A stretch of DNA of 64,000 nt from Bacillota bacterium (GTDB lineage: Bacteria > Bacillota > Limnochordia > DTU087). The position numbers and the translations under genes were made by a program. Position 1 is the stretch's first letter; the number at the start of each line of letters is the position of its first letter. The DNA lies in assembly GCA_012798955.1 (NCBI GenBank), contig JAAZMF010000145.1, forward strand, positions 15,450 through 79,449. Reading direction: 5' to 3'. Positions 10,170-20,568 of the stretch are shown here, piece after piece. The notes under the pieces are model-generated. The model searched no databases. It saw only the letters and a program-made list of their open reading frames with translations, and was not told where the DNA came from.

Positions 10170-10198
10170 ATTCTAATACAGCCCACTACCAGTGTCAA
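10170..10198 (-). promoter_or_regulatory. sigma-A type promoter of rplM-rpsI
   Basis: Minus strand reads TTGACA (10198-10193), a 17-nt spacer, then TAGAAT (10175-10170). The -35 box overlaps the truA stop codon. Confidence 0.65.
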
Positions 10199-10974
10199 GC
10201 ATTTAGTAAAGCTTGACCTTCATCATAGTCTACCTCAAAAAGGTAAAGGCCATGGGCCGGTGCGGTTGGTCCTGCCTTAGAACGGTCCCGGGCTGCGAGG
10301 ATGACGGGAATGGCGTCCACCGCCAATCTTCCCTTACCCACTTCTACAAGTGTGCCCACTATGTTACGGACCATATTGTACAAAAACCCATTGGCTCTAA
10401 TACTAAAAGTGATTAGTCCACCTTCAGCTCCCACGTCAAAATGGTAAATAGTGCGCACTGAGGTTTTGGCAGAACTACCACTCGTCTGAAAAGAGGCGAA
10501 ATCGTGGGTCCCCACTAGCACCGCTCCCCCTGCTTTGATTTTGTCCAAATCTAGTGGCTGAGACACGTGATAAGCGTAATTTCGCCAAAAAACACTCTCG
10601 AAAGACGTATTGTCCACAACATAGTGATATGTCTTGGCTATGGCATCAAAGCGAGCATGAAACTCCCTATGCACACAATCGGCTGCCTTGATCCGTATAT
10701 CCTTTGGTAAGGCACTGTTTAGCGCCATCGGGAATCTATCGATGGGTATCGAGGCATTAGTTGGGAAGTTAACTACTTGCCCGATTGCATGGGCACCGGC
10801 ATCAGTGCGTCCCGAACCTGTAATCCGCACCCGCTCCCCACAGATACGCAAGATCGCTTTTTCCAATGTGCACTGAATGGTAGGCAAAGTCGGATCATCC
10901 TGGGTTTGGAAACCATGATAATAGGTGCCATCATATTCCATGATGAGGCGTATATTCCGCTCCCCTCTTGCCAT
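10195..10974 (-). CDS. truA: tRNA pseudouridine(38-40) synthase
   Basis: RLIMEYDGTYYHGFQ and GSGRTDAGAHA (catalytic Asp). Conserved position between ecfT and rplM. Confidence 0.93.
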   Translation of the reverse strand: MARGERNIRLIMEYDGTYYHGFQTQDDPTLPTIQCTLEKAILRICGERVRITGSGRTDAGAHAIGQVVNFPTNASIPIDRFPMALNSALPKDIRIKAADCVHREFHARFDAIAKTYHYVVDNTSFESVFWRNYAYHVSQPLDLDKIKAGGAVLVGTHDFASFQTSGSSAKTSVRTIYHFDVGAEGGLITFSIRANGFLYNMVRNIVGTLVEVGKGRLAVDAIPVILAARDRSKAGPTAPAHGLYLFEVDYDEGQALLNA

Positions 10975-10995
10975 ACCCTTTGCCTCCCGTAATAC

Positions 10996-11793
10996 TTAGA
11001 AAACCCATGCCAAATAACCAATAAATAGCACGCTACCAACTAGGGCTAGATAGTCCACTGCCCTAAACACTAGCAGATTCAATTTGGTGCGCCCTTCACC
11101 ACCCCGATAGCATCTAGCCTCCATAGCTACGGCGAGCTCATCGGCTCGACGGAAAGCGCTGACAAATAGTGGCACCAATAATGGGAGCAGACTCTTGGCC
11201 CGCTGAATAAGATTGCCCGATTCAAAATCTGCGCCCCGGGCCATCTGCGCCTTCATGATCTTCTCAGCTTCCTCTAGCAAAGTAGGAATAAACCGCAGGG
11301 CAATGGTCATCATCATGGCCAACTCATGGGCGGGAATGCCCATCTTCTTGCCGGGGTTAAGCAAGCTCTCTAGCCCATCAGTCAAAGCAATCGGGGAGGT
11401 AGTTAGGGTTAATATAGATGTCCCCACAATAAGCAAAATTAAGCGTACAGCCAGCATTCCGCCCCTAACGAGCCCGTCTTTGGTTAGTACAAGGAAACCC
11501 CACTGCCAAATGGGTTCGCCCTCTGTCATGAAGGAGTTCAGCACAAATGTCAATATGATAATAGCTAACACTGGCCTGAGGCCCCTAAACAAGAAGCGTG
11601 GTGGGATCCCAGATAGCAATATAGCTAGACCAATGTAGACGGCCACTGCACCATAACCCCAAAAGCTATCGATGAAAAACAAGCCTATGACCAGGAGAAG
11701 CGTAACTAGGATCTTCGTACGGGGATCAAGCTGATGCAGAATGGAATCTCCAGGGATGTATTGCCCTATGGTAATGTTCCTGAAGCTAGGCAT
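10996..11793 (-). CDS. ecfT: ECF transporter transmembrane component EcfT
   Basis: Multi-TM CbiQ/EcfT-like protein following two EcfA ATPases. ATG 11793 (MPSFRNITIGQY) overlaps the ecfA2 stop by 8 nt. The track ORF extends to 11853. Confidence 0.88.
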   Translation of the reverse strand: MPSFRNITIGQYIPGDSILHQLDPRTKILVTLLLVIGLFFIDSFWGYGAVAVYIGLAILLSGIPPRFLFRGLRPVLAIIILTFVLNSFMTEGEPIWQWGFLVLTKDGLVRGGMLAVRLILLIVGTSILTLTTSPIALTDGLESLLNPGKKMGIPAHELAMMMTIALRFIPTLLEEAEKIMKAQMARGADFESGNLIQRAKSLLPLLVPLFVSAFRRADELAVAMEARCYRGGEGRTKLNLLVFRAVDYLALVGSVLFIGYLAWVF

Positions 11794-12664
11794 TGGTGTC
11801 CACCCCCGCCTTCTTGGTTGCTGCCAAAGCCGCCATAATAGCCTCTTCCGCATCCTCTATGGTCAAGGCACTGGCCGGCAAGGGCCAACCCCGATCCAGC
11901 AATCTTTGCATAAGCAGCGTCATATCCGGCACCCCGAGACCCATGGCCTCAAGGCACTCTCCATCGGCAAAGATATCTTCAGGTGAATCTTCCATGACTA
12001 TGCCACCCTGATCCATCACAACTAAGCGTTGGGCCAATCTTGCCACTTCCGCCATATTATGGGACACGAAGACAACGGTCAGGTCCCGATCCTTGTGGAG
12101 TCTTTGAATCTGCCTCAATAGATCTTCTCTGCCCCGGGGATCTAGACCTGCGGTGGGCTCGTCTAGGACTATAATCGAGGGCTCCATAGCCAGCACTCCA
12201 GCTATGGCAACTCGTCTTTTCTCGCCACCGCTAAGCTCAAAGGGCGAACGTTTGGCGAAACTCCCATCTACATCCACAGCCTCTAAGGCCCGCCGCACAC
12301 GGTTTTCCAGCTCTTCCCCGGAAATACCCGTATTGCGGGGCCCGAAAGCTACGTCATCCCATACTGTTTCCTCAAACAATTGATGTTCAGGATACTGGAA
12401 GACTAAGCCCACCTTCCGCCTAATGTCTCGCAGATTAACGCCCTTCTTGCCAATATCCACTCCATCGACTTTGACACTGCCTTGGGTGGGACGCAAAAGG
12501 CCGTTAAAATGCTGTACTAGCGTGGACTTGCCTGAGCCAGTATGGCCAATGATAGCCACGAGTTCACCATCATTGATGATGAGATCAATATTTGCCAAGG
12601 CCGTCCGGGCAAAAGGGGTACCAGCATTATATATGTGGGTTAGGTCCCGGATCTCAATTGACAT
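11786..12664 (-). CDS. ecfA2: ECF transporter ATPase EcfA2
   Basis: Walker A GHTGSGKST, signature LSGGEKRR and Walker B IIVLDEPT. Confidence 0.9.
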   Translation of the reverse strand: MSIEIRDLTHIYNAGTPFARTALANIDLIINDGELVAIIGHTGSGKSTLVQHFNGLLRPTQGSVKVDGVDIGKKGVNLRDIRRKVGLVFQYPEHQLFEETVWDDVAFGPRNTGISGEELENRVRRALEAVDVDGSFAKRSPFELSGGEKRRVAIAGVLAMEPSIIVLDEPTAGLDPRGREDLLRQIQRLHKDRDLTVVFVSHNMAEVARLAQRLVVMDQGGIVMEDSPEDIFADGECLEAMGLGVPDMTLLMQRLLDRGWPLPASALTIEDAEEAIMAALAATKKAGVDTNA

Positions 12665-13497
12665 AAAGCCGTCACCATCTCATCTACAGTTAATAAATCC
12701 TGGGGCAAGGCCACTTTCCTGGCCCGAAGCCGGGACACTAGCTCGACTACCGGTGGTACATCAAGCCTGAGTTGTCTTAACAGCTCCATCTTTTGAAAGA
12801 TAGTGGCCGGTGGGCCTTGCTCTACGATCTTGCCATCGTCCATAACCACTACCCGCTCGGCTCCCACCGCTTCATCCATAAAATGGGTAATCAACACTAC
12901 TGTAATACCCTCGGTCTTATTTAGCCTATGGATAGTATCCAGCACTTCCCGGCGCCCCACCGGATCTAACATGGCGGTGGGTTCATCAAGCACTAGACAA
13001 CGGGGTCGCATGGCAATCACCCCTGCGATAGCTACCCGTTGTTTTTGACCTCCAGATAAGTTGTGAGGAGCCGCCTGGGCAAAATCAGACATTCCTACAA
13101 TGGCCAAGGCTTCGTCTACCCGTTCCCGAATCAACCCCCGATCTAGACCAAGGTTTTCGGGACCAAAGGCTACATCTTCTTCTACGGTTGTGGCCACAAT
13201 CTGATTGTCTGGATTTTGAAAGACCATACCTACCGTCTGGCGAATATCCCATAGATGTTTTTCGTCCTTAGTATTCATACCAGCTACCCAAACATCACCG
13301 GCAGTAGGCAGTAGAAGGCCATTCATATGCTTGGCCAACGTGGACTTGCCTGAACCATTGTGCCCCAAAATGGCCACAAATTCACCAATGTCTATGGCTA
13401 GATCCACATTCTCTAGTGCGGCTTCTTCCTCTTGGTCCTGTTCCCGTATATAAGAGAAACACACCTTCTCTAGTTCGATAAAGCTCCTTTGCCCCAC
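12640..13497 (-). CDS. ecfA1: ECF transporter ATPase EcfA1
   Basis: Walker A GHNGSGKST, LSGGQKQR and CLVLDEPT. SD GGGAGGGAG lies upstream of TTG 13500 / GTG 13497. The 351-aa track ORF (to 13695) adds a non-homologous N-extension that crosses a terminator. Confidence 0.88.
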   Translation of the reverse strand: MGQRSFIELEKVCFSYIREQDQEEEAALENVDLAIDIGEFVAILGHNGSGKSTLAKHMNGLLLPTAGDVWVAGMNTKDEKHLWDIRQTVGMVFQNPDNQIVATTVEEDVAFGPENLGLDRGLIRERVDEALAIVGMSDFAQAAPHNLSGGQKQRVAIAGVIAMRPRCLVLDEPTAMLDPVGRREVLDTIHRLNKTEGITVVLITHFMDEAVGAERVVVMDDGKIVEQGPPATIFQKMELLRQLRLDVPPVVELVSRLRARKVALPQDLLTVDEMVTALCQLRSGT

Positions 13498-13636
13498 CAA
13501 GCACTCCCTCCCCGCCGGTACTGCCTGATATACACGCCTGCCGAAACACCGCTTCAGATGATGCCCTACCCGGCTGTATTGTCGAACATTCACGCCAATT
13601 TGGCGTAGCAGCCACCCATGAACTAGCAACAATCGC

Positions 13637-13669
13637 GGAAAAAGCGACGCAGAGGATGGCTCCTCTGCG
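13637..13669 (-). terminator. intrinsic terminator after rplQ (end of alpha operon)
   Basis: Minus strand reads CGCAGAGGA-gcca-TCCTCTGCG followed by TCGCTTTTTCC. Confidence 0.8.
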
Positions 13670-13710
13670 ACCTCTATGCGCCCGCTGCTATACAATCTGA
13701 AACACTAGTA

Positions 13711-14055
13711 TTAGACCAGTTCCACGATGCTCATAGGGGCACCGTCACCCCGCCTAGGCCCCACCTTCATAATGCGGGTATATCCGCCATTGCGGTCACC
13801 ATATCGAGGAGCAATATCGGCGAACAGCTTCTGCACAGCCTCAGGCCGCCCAAGGTAGGCCGCAGCTTGACGCCGGGCATGTAGATCTCCCTGCTTGCCC
13901 AGGGTAATCATCTGATCCACTAAGGGCTTGACTGCCTTTGCTTTTGTATCCGTTGTCTGTATCTGCTCCTCCAATAGCACAGCCGCTACTAGATTGCGCA
14001 GCATAGCCCGCCGGTGGTCGGCAGAACGCCCGAATCTCGCCTGTTTCATGCTCAC
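13711..14055 (-). CDS. rplQ: 50S ribosomal protein L17
   Basis: [16 protein letters not shown]...GYTRI. Follows rpoA. Confidence 0.97.
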   Translation of the reverse strand: MSMKQARFGRSADHRRAMLRNLVAAVLLEEQIQTTDTKAKAVKPLVDQMITLGKQGDLHARRQAAAYLGRPEAVQKLFADIAPRYGDRNGGYTRIMKVGPRRGDGAPMSIVELV

Positions 14056-14095
14056 ACCCTCCTTCTCTTGCGGAACATAAACCTATCTATTCCTA

Positions 14096-15043
14096 TTAAT
14101 CTTCTGATTCACGCAAAGCTAAGCCCAGGGCAGCCAATTTCTCTTTGACTTCTTGGAGAGATTTCTTGCCCAGGTTCCTAACTTTCATCATATCTTCCTC
14201 CGTCTTGCGGGTTAATTCCTCCACACTATCGATACCCGCCCGTTTAAGGCAGTTATATGACCGCACGGAAAGATCTAGCTCTTCGATGGCCATCTCCAGC
14301 ACACGGTCTTTCTCTTCCTCTTCCTTTTCCACCATGATCTCTAATTCATGGCCGCCATCAGTGAGCTCTATGAAGAGTTTAAGATGTTCGGTCACGATCT
14401 TTGCTGCCACGGTAATGGCCTCATCTGGGGCAATACTACCGTCTGTCCATACCTCCAAGATTAGGCGGTCATAGTCAGTGATTTGCCCAACCCTGGTGTC
14501 TTCCACCGTGTAATTCACCCGACTCACCGGCGTAAATATGGAATCCACTGGGATGACACCAATGGGATCATCGGGATTTTTGTTGCGGTCAGCGGAAACA
14601 TAACCTCGGCCCTTTGCCAAGACAATATCCATCATTAAGCGGCCGTTGGTATCCAATGTAGCGATATGCAAATCAGGATTGACGATCTCTACATCGGAAC
14701 CATGGATGATGTCCCCGGCCAACACTTCTCCCTCACCCTCGGCCTCAATCCGGGCTGTGACCGGCCCATCGGAGTGTAGCCTGACCACAAGCTCCTTAAG
14801 ATTGAGGACTATATCCGTGGTATCTTCCACTACCCCTTCCACGGTGGAGAATTCGTGCAGCACTCCGTCGATCTTGATAGAGGTCACAGCTGCCCCCGGT
14901 AAAGATGACAGCAACACTCGCCGCAATGAGTTCCCTAGGGTAATTCCGTATCCTCTTTCCAGCGGCTCCACCACGTATTTACCATAGGATTCGCTGGATT
15001 CGACACACTCGATTTTGGGCCTTTCTATCTCGATCATCTGCAA
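14096..15043 (-). CDS. rpoA: DNA-directed RNA polymerase subunit alpha
   Basis: [10 protein letters not shown]...[12 protein letters not shown]-terminal-domain motif [14 protein letters not shown]. Confidence 0.97.
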   Translation of the reverse strand: MQMIEIERPKIECVESSESYGKYVVEPLERGYGITLGNSLRRVLLSSLPGAAVTSIKIDGVLHEFSTVEGVVEDTTDIVLNLKELVVRLHSDGPVTARIEAEGEGEVLAGDIIHGSDVEIVNPDLHIATLDTNGRLMMDIVLAKGRGYVSADRNKNPDDPIGVIPVDSIFTPVSRVNYTVEDTRVGQITDYDRLILEVWTDGSIAPDEAITVAAKIVTEHLKLFIELTDGGHELEIMVEKEEEEKDRVLEMAIEELDLSVRSYNCLKRAGIDSVEELTRKTEEDMMKVRNLGKKSLQEVKEKLAALGLALRESED

Positions 15044-15078
15044 AACCCTCCTTAACGACAGGAAGCAGCCTAACTGGT

Positions 15079-15705
15079 TTATCGGGAGTAAAACTCAACA
15101 ATCAAGTGCTCCTGTATGGAAATATCCATCTGTTCGCGAGTGGGTACAGCAAGGATTTTGCCTTCCATCTGCTCGAGGTTTGCCTCTAGCCACTCCGGCA
15201 CGGCCCGACCCTCAGCAGCTGCTATATTATCCTTAATTAGCTGCATGTTTCGGCTCTTCTCCCGCACAGTTATGACATCGCCCACCCTCACCTCATACGA
15301 GGGGATATCAGTCTTCTGACCATTAACGGCAAAATGTCCATGCATAACCAACTGCCTTGCTTGGGCCCGGGAAGCAGCAAATCCCATCCGATAGACAATA
15401 TTGTCTAGCCTCAGCTCCAGAATCTGTAAGAGATTCTCACCGGTAATACCCGTCTGTCTTGAGGCACGGTCGTAATATCTTTCAAACTGTCTCTCCAAAA
15501 CACCATAGATACGACGGAGCTTCTGCTTTTCTCGCAAGTGCAAACCGTACTCAGAAACCTTATGACGCCCCTGGCCGTGTTGGCCCGGTGGATAAGAACG
15601 TCTATCTACGGCACATTTTTCAGTATAACACCGGTCGCCTTTAAGGAAAAGCTTTTCACCTTCCCGTCGGCACAACCGGCATACAGGTCCAGTATACCTG
15701 GCCAT
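15079..15705 (-). CDS. rpsD: 30S ribosomal protein S4 (Cys4 zinc form)
   Basis: [31 protein letters not shown]... Confidence 0.97.
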   Translation of the reverse strand: MARYTGPVCRLCRREGEKLFLKGDRCYTEKCAVDRRSYPPGQHGQGRHKVSEYGLHLREKQKLRRIYGVLERQFERYYDRASRQTGITGENLLQILELRLDNIVYRMGFAASRAQARQLVMHGHFAVNGQKTDIPSYEVRVGDVITVREKSRNMQLIKDNIAAAEGRAVPEWLEANLEQMEGKILAVPTREQMDISIQEHLIVEFYSR

Positions 15706-15784
15706 AGAATCCCAACACCTCCAATTTCAACTAAAGCAAGACCATGTCTTGTTTAGAATACCTATTTGTTCCAATAAACATGCA

Positions 15785-16180
15785 TCAAACTCGGCGACGC
15801 TTCGGTGGCCGACAACCATTATGGGGAATGGGGGTTACGTCTCGAATCATACTTACATCAAGCCCTGCAGCCTGCAAAGAGCGAATAGCTGCTTCCCGCC
15901 CGGCCCCTGGTCCCTTAACATAAACCTCTACTTCTCGCATACCGTGCTCCATGGCCACTTTAGCAGCGCTTTCCGCAGCCAAACCGGCGGCAAATGGGGT
16001 GCTCTTGCGGGAGCCCTTAAAGCCCATGTTGCCGGCACTAGCCCAAGATACTACATTACCCTGTCTGTCACTAATGGTAACTATGGTATTGTTAAAAGTG
16101 GAGCGAATATGGGCAACCCCACTGGGGATATTCTTGCGCTCTCGCCTACGAGCTCTTGTACCTCGCCTTGGTCTAGCCAT
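15785..16180 (-). CDS. rpsK: 30S ribosomal protein S11
   Basis: [18 protein letters not shown]...[10 protein letters not shown]. Confidence 0.97.
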   Translation of the reverse strand: MARPRRGTRARRRERKNIPSGVAHIRSTFNNTIVTISDRQGNVVSWASAGNMGFKGSRKSTPFAAGLAAESAAKVAMEHGMREVEVYVKGPGAGREAAIRSLQAAGLDVSMIRDVTPIPHNGCRPPKRRRV

Positions 16181-16197
16181 ATATATTGCCTCCTTCC

Positions 16198-16566
16198 TTA
16201 TCGCCGTTTGCCGCCAATACCACGCTTCGGTCCTTTTCTCGTGCGGGCATTAGTCCTGGTCCTTTGACCCCGAACGGGCAATCCCCGGCGATGCCGATAA
16301 CCTCTATACGATCCAATATCCATCAAACGCTTGATATTCTGGGCTACTTCCCGCCTCAAATCGCCTTCTACTGCATATTCTCTATCTATGGTCTCCCGCA
16401 GTCGGTTGACCTCTTCTTCGGTAAGATCCCTGACTCTAGTATCGGGGTTCACATCGGTTTTATCAAGAATTTCTAGAGAGGTAGAGCGGCCAATACCGTA
16501 GATATAGGTCAAAGCCACTGCTACTCGCTTATCTCTTGGAATGTCAACACCGGCAATACGCGCCAT
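16198..16566 (-). CDS. rpsM: 30S ribosomal protein S13
   Basis: [15 protein letters not shown]...[17 protein letters not shown]. Confidence 0.97.
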   Translation of the reverse strand: MARIAGVDIPRDKRVAVALTYIYGIGRSTSLEILDKTDVNPDTRVRDLTEEEVNRLRETIDREYAVEGDLRREVAQNIKRLMDIGSYRGYRHRRGLPVRGQRTRTNARTRKGPKRGIGGKRR

Positions 16567-16584
16567 GCACCTTCACCTCCCGCC

Positions 16585-16698
16585 TTAACCCTGTCTTTGC
16601 TTATGCTTAGGATTCTCACAGATCACCATCACACGGCCTTTACGCCTGATGATCTTGCATTTTTCGCACATAGGTTTTACAGCTGGCCTGACCTTCAC
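16585..16698 (-). CDS. rpmJ: 50S ribosomal protein L36
   Basis: Not in the ORF track (37 aa). Hand translation from GTG 16698 gives [37 protein letters not shown], stop at 16585-16587. Lies between infA and rpsM. Confidence 0.93.
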   Translation of the reverse strand: MKVRPAVKPMCEKCKIIRRKGRVMVICENPKHKQRQG

Positions 16699-16712
16699 CG
16701 CCAGCACCCCCT

Positions 16713-16931
16713 CTATCTTTTTCGATACACTATGCGACCCCGGCTCAAGTCATAGGGCGACAATTCCACTGTCACCTTATCACCGGCCAAAATCCGGATG
16801 AAGTTCATCCGCATCTTGCCAGAGATATGAGCCAAAACCTTGTGGCCATTCTCCAGTTCCACTCGAAACATAGCGTTGGGCAAGGGCTCTACTACTGTAC
16901 CCTCAACTTCAATCACGTCTTGTCTCGACAC
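16713..16931 (-). CDS. infA: translation initiation factor IF-1
   Basis: [36 protein letters not shown]. Confidence 0.97.
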   Translation of the reverse strand: MSRQDVIEVEGTVVEPLPNAMFRVELENGHKVLAHISGKMRMNFIRILAGDKVTVELSPYDLSRGRIVYRKR

Positions 16932-17212
16932 TGTCGGTCAACCTCCCTAACACCATCTTGCAACTCTTCCAGTGCATCCCGGATGTCGGCATTACTCACC
17001 GAAACGTTGGCCAACAATTTCACCCGAACGTCCTTAGCCCACACATCGTGGAAACTCAGATGTCTTGGATTCTTCTGTTTCGGGCGCTGCACTGGCCGTG
17101 CTTTACCGTCGGCCACCAGCACTCTTCTCCCCACATAACCTATCACTAGAAACTGCTGGCCCGCGTCCCTTCCGGCTCTGGATGTGACGAGCTGACCCAC
17201 CTGGCCATCCAC
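16913..17212 (-). CDS. small KOW-domain RNA-binding protein (conserved map-infA spacer gene of Clostridia)
   Basis: [20 protein letters not shown]...VLVADGK is a KOW-like motif. 99-aa ORF between map and infA, overlapping infA by 19 nt. Confidence 0.7.
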   Translation of the reverse strand: MDGQVGQLVTSRAGRDAGQQFLVIGYVGRRVLVADGKARPVQRPKQKNPRHLSFHDVWAKDVRVKLLANVSVSNADIRDALEELQDGVREVDRQCRDKT

Positions 17213-17286
17213 AAGTTTTCCTCCCCATCCACGTCTGCATCTAATTCCCCGGGTCTATTTCCCTTCAGCGAAAGGTATAAACCTAG

Positions 17287-18033
17287 CTATGCCTCCGTCA
17301 AGATGAGAGGGCCATCCTCAGTTACTGCCACTGTATCCTCAAAATGGGCAGATAAGCTTTTATCTGCAGTAATCACAGTCCAGTTATCCGAGAGGACCAC
17401 AACCTCCCATCCTCCTGTATTGACCATAGGTTCTATGGCCAAGACCATGCCGGGCTTTAGGCGTGGCCCTCGTCCCGGCCTTCCGAAGTTGGGGATCTGT
17501 GGTGGCTCGTGCATGCTACGACCAATACCGTGTCCCACGAAATCTCTGACAACTGACAGACCTTGGGCCTCGACAAAGCTTTGTACAGCATGACCTATAT
17601 CTGATAGTCTGTTGCCTACAATAGCCGCAGCAACGCCTTGTTCCAAAGCCTTCTGGGTCACCCAAAGCAGCCGCTCTGCCTCGCTAGAGATTTCACCCAC
17701 CGGATAGGTTCGGGCCATATCGCCGTGGAACCCTTCTAGTATGGCACCGATATCAAGTCCTATGATATCACCTTCCCGAAGGACCTGGGGTCCTGGGATA
17801 CCGTGCACAACAACCTCATTAACCGACGAACAGATACTGGCGGGAAAGCCATGATACCCTTTGAAACTGGGCACGCCGCCATTGTCTCTGATATATTCCT
17901 CTGCCAGGGCATCCAGGGACGCAGTTGTAACTCCTGGCTTGATAGCTGCAGCCACAACTGCATGGGTTTCGGCCACCAAGCGACCGGCACCTGCCATGAG
18001 CTGCAACTCATCTTTGGACTTTAAAACTATCAT
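17287..18033 (-). CDS. map: type I methionine aminopeptidase
   Basis: VVHGIPG, DIGAI and HGIGRSMHE metal-ligand motifs. ATG 18033 is preceded by GGAGGGG. The track ORF extends to 18060. Confidence 0.94.
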   Translation of the reverse strand: MIVLKSKDELQLMAGAGRLVAETHAVVAAAIKPGVTTASLDALAEEYIRDNGGVPSFKGYHGFPASICSSVNEVVVHGIPGPQVLREGDIIGLDIGAILEGFHGDMARTYPVGEISSEAERLLWVTQKALEQGVAAAIVGNRLSDIGHAVQSFVEAQGLSVVRDFVGHGIGRSMHEPPQIPNFGRPGRGPRLKPGMVLAIEPMVNTGGWEVVVLSDNWTVITADKSLSAHFEDTVAVTEDGPLILTEA

Positions 18034-18083
18034 TTTGCCCCTCCATCTACCTAGATCCAATACCGGGGCGAAGCACTCCGTCC

Positions 18084-19352
18084 CTACTTAATGAAGCCCT
18101 CATAGTGTCGCATGAGCAGCTGAGCTTCGATCTGCTTCATGGTATCTAATGCCACACCAACGATAATCAAAAGACCGGTACCACCAAAGTAAAGTATGCT
18201 ACTGGGCATCCTCGTTACTGTAGCCATAATATAGGGTAGAACCGCTATCACAGCTAAAAACACAGCACCAGCCAAGGTAATCCTCGTTAAGACACGATCT
18301 AGATGTTGAGCAGTGGGTCTACCGGGCCTAAGACCCGGGATAAAACCACCATGTTTCTTCATGTTCTCCGCTACTTCCATGGGATTAAACGTAACTGCTG
18401 TATAGAAGTACGTAAAGAACATTACCAAAAGCACATAGAGCACATTATACCCCACGGAGCCATATCCCAAAAACCGGTTAATGCCTGCTATTCCTGGAAT
18501 AAACTGTGCCAATGTCAAAGGAAAACTCAGCACGGAAGATGCAAAGATAACCGGAATAACCCCCGCTTGGTTAACCTGCATCGGTATATGGGTTGTTTGC
18601 CCACCATACATGCGGCGTCCCACAACTCGCTTGGCATACTGTACTGGAATCCTTCGCTGTCCCTGCTGCACCATGATGACACCAGCTATCACCACTACGG
18701 TAAGCACGACAAAAGCCAGCAAGCTCAGTATGCTAATGCCTCCGGCCCCGACTGCCCGTACCGCGCTCCAAGCTTGACCTGGAAGCCTCGCCACGATACC
18801 GGTGAAAATCAACAACGAGATACCGTTACCGATGCCATTTTCCGTGATCTTCTCGCCTAACCACATCAAAAAGGCACTACCCGCCGTCAAAGTGGTCACA
18901 ATCAAAATCGTGTTAAAGGCCCCGGGATTACTTACGACGCCATATCCTTTGGCTGTTGCCGTAATGGCAAAGCCTTGTATTACTGCCAAAACCACAGTTC
19001 CATACCTAGTGTATTGCTGAAGCCGTTTCCGCCCATCAACACCCTCTTTAGACATCTCTTCCCACGAAGGGATGACGATGGTCAATAGCTGAACGATGAT
19101 GGAAGCAGTAATGTAGGGGTTTACCCCCATGGCAAACACTGAAAAGCGTGTTAGGGCTCCACCGGCAAACAAATCTAAGAATCCGAAGATATTACCGCCA
19201 GTGGTACCCAGTTGTTGGGCTAATAGTTCCGCATCGACCCCTGGAACCGGTACGTAGGATCCTAACCGGAATACAACCAACAAGGCCGCCGTATACAAGA
19301 TTCTGCGGCGCAAGTCAGGGATCCGCAGAGCATTGCGCATGGCCTGCAGCAA
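18084..19352 (-). CDS. secY: preprotein translocase subunit SecY
   Basis: 10-TM protein, LRRRILYTAALLVVFRLGSYVPVPG...GMNPYITASII. Follows rplO. Confidence 0.97.
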   Translation of the reverse strand: MLQAMRNALRIPDLRRRILYTAALLVVFRLGSYVPVPGVDAELLAQQLGTTGGNIFGFLDLFAGGALTRFSVFAMGVNPYITASIIVQLLTIVIPSWEEMSKEGVDGRKRLQQYTRYGTVVLAVIQGFAITATAKGYGVVSNPGAFNTILIVTTLTAGSAFLMWLGEKITENGIGNGISLLIFTGIVARLPGQAWSAVRAVGAGGISILSLLAFVVLTVVVIAGVIMVQQGQRRIPVQYAKRVVGRRMYGGQTTHIPMQVNQAGVIPVIFASSVLSFPLTLAQFIPGIAGINRFLGYGSVGYNVLYVLLVMFFTYFYTAVTFNPMEVAENMKKHGGFIPGLRPGRPTAQHLDRVLTRITLAGAVFLAVIAVLPYIMATVTRMPSSILYFGGTGLLIIVGVALDTMKQIEAQLLMRHYEGFIK

Positions 19353-19796
19353 CTAGATCACCTCTACTTTGCCGCCGGCGGCTTCGATCTTGGCGGCGGC
19401 TGATTTTGTGAATCCATGGGCCTTGACTGTCAACGCCTTTTCGATATCGCCATTACCTAGAACCTTAACTCCATCAGGGGCAAGCTTACGCACTAGCCCT
19501 TTTTCTATCATCATTTCAGGAGTAACAATGCTACCCCCTTCAAAACAATTCAGATCCTGGAGCTTTACCTCACTGTAAACCTTTGCGAAGATATTGGTAA
19601 ACCCACGCTTGGGTAACCTACGCTGCAAAGGGGTCTGGCCGCCTTCGAAGTGAGGCCCCTTACCGCCACCAGAGCGAGACTTTTGGCCCTTTTGGCCCCG
19701 ACCGGAAGTCTTGCCTAGGCCTGAGCCAATGCCACGTCCCGCCCGCTTTCTGGCTTTGCGGGATCCTGGTGCAGGACTTAACTCATGTAGTTTCAT
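19353..19796 (-). CDS. rplO: 50S ribosomal protein L15
   Basis: [34 protein letters not shown]. Confidence 0.97.
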   Translation of the reverse strand: MKLHELSPAPGSRKARKRAGRGIGSGLGKTSGRGQKGQKSRSGGGKGPHFEGGQTPLQRRLPKRGFTNIFAKVYSEVKLQDLNCFEGGSIVTPEMMIEKGLVRKLAPDGVKVLGNGDIEKALTVKAHGFTKSAAAKIEAAGGKVEVI

Positions 19797-19816
19797 GTTT
19801 TAGCACCTCCCCCACA

Positions 19817-20005
19817 TTACTCAACTTCTGTGACTTCCACAAGATGCTTTACCTTGAAAATCATCCCGCGGATTACAGGGTTATCATCATGGATTACTTC
19901 ACTATTTAGCTTCCTCAACCCCAAAGCCTTAATGGTGGCTTTATGATCCTTGGGACTGCCAATAGCACTGCGTTTCCACGTAATCTTCAACTTTTTAGCA
20001 CCCAT
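19817..20005 (-). CDS. rpmD: 50S ribosomal protein L30
   Basis: [28 protein letters not shown]. Internal ATG 20005 chosen; the track ORF extends to 20026. Confidence 0.93.
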   Translation of the reverse strand: MGAKKLKITWKRSAIGSPKDHKATIKALGLRKLNSEVIHDDNPVIRGMIFKVKHLVEVTEVE

Positions 20006-20030
20006 GTCCTGCCCCCCTCTAACCAACCTG

Positions 20031-20549
20031 TTAGGCCAGGATTTCCTCCGGGGACTTACCCCGCAAACGGGCTACTTCCTCTACTGTCTTCATAGATTCT
20101 AGCCCCTTCATAGTTGCCGCCACCACATTGATGGGATTTGAGGATCCTAGCGACTTAGTCAAAATATCTCGATAACCAGCTGCTTCTAGGACCGCACGCA
20201 CCGGCCCCCCGGCAATAACTCCAGTACCTTCTGCAGCCGGCTTCAAAAAGACCCTGGCCCCACTAAACCTAGTTGTGATTTCATGGGGGATGGTTGTGCC
20301 TACCATAGGGACGAAGATCATATTCTTCTTGGCTTCATCCACACCTTTGCGGATGGCCCCAGCCACATCTTTGGCTTTGCCTAGACCAGAACCCACATGG
20401 CCATTGCCGTCACCTACAACGACTAAGGCACTAAAACTACGGGTGCGACCGCCCTTAACCGTCTTAGAAACAGGGTTTATACTTACAACACGCTCTTCTA
20501 ACTCACCTAGAGTGTCTGGGTTAATAATTCGGCCTCTCTCTGTTGCCAC
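20031..20549 (-). CDS. rpsE: 30S ribosomal protein S5
   Basis: [22 protein letters not shown] 20549 lies 8 nt after AAGGGAAGGAGG. The track ORF (TTG 20579) overlaps the rplR end. Confidence 0.94.
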   Translation of the reverse strand: MATERGRIINPDTLGELEERVVSINPVSKTVKGGRTRSFSALVVVGDGNGHVGSGLGKAKDVAGAIRKGVDEAKKNMIFVPMVGTTIPHEITTRFSGARVFLKPAAEGTGVIAGGPVRAVLEAAGYRDILTKSLGSSNPINVVAATMKGLESMKTVEEVARLRGKSPEEILA

Positions 20550-20568
20550 GTTCTTGGCCTCCTTCCCT

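Noticed and set aside
13498-13695. N-terminal extension of about 65 residues on the ecfA1 track ORF.
   Set aside because: The extension runs through the rplQ terminator hairpin (13637-13669) and is not ABC-ATPase-like. A strong SD precedes TTG/GTG at 13500/13497, giving a canonical length of about 286 aa.
15749-16267. 172-aa plus-strand ORF. Similar long antisense ORFs occur at 18303..18860, 27855..28418, 38397..38891 and 60788..61339, and on the minus strand at 49842..50318 and 50391..50864.
   Set aside because: Each lies wholly antisense to a strongly supported conserved gene (rpsK/rpsM, secY, rplC, rpoB, clpC, the yeiH-like gene). Their composition is Ser/Pro/Arg-rich and low-complexity, and they lack ribosome-binding sites. 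This is typical of mirror-frame artefacts.
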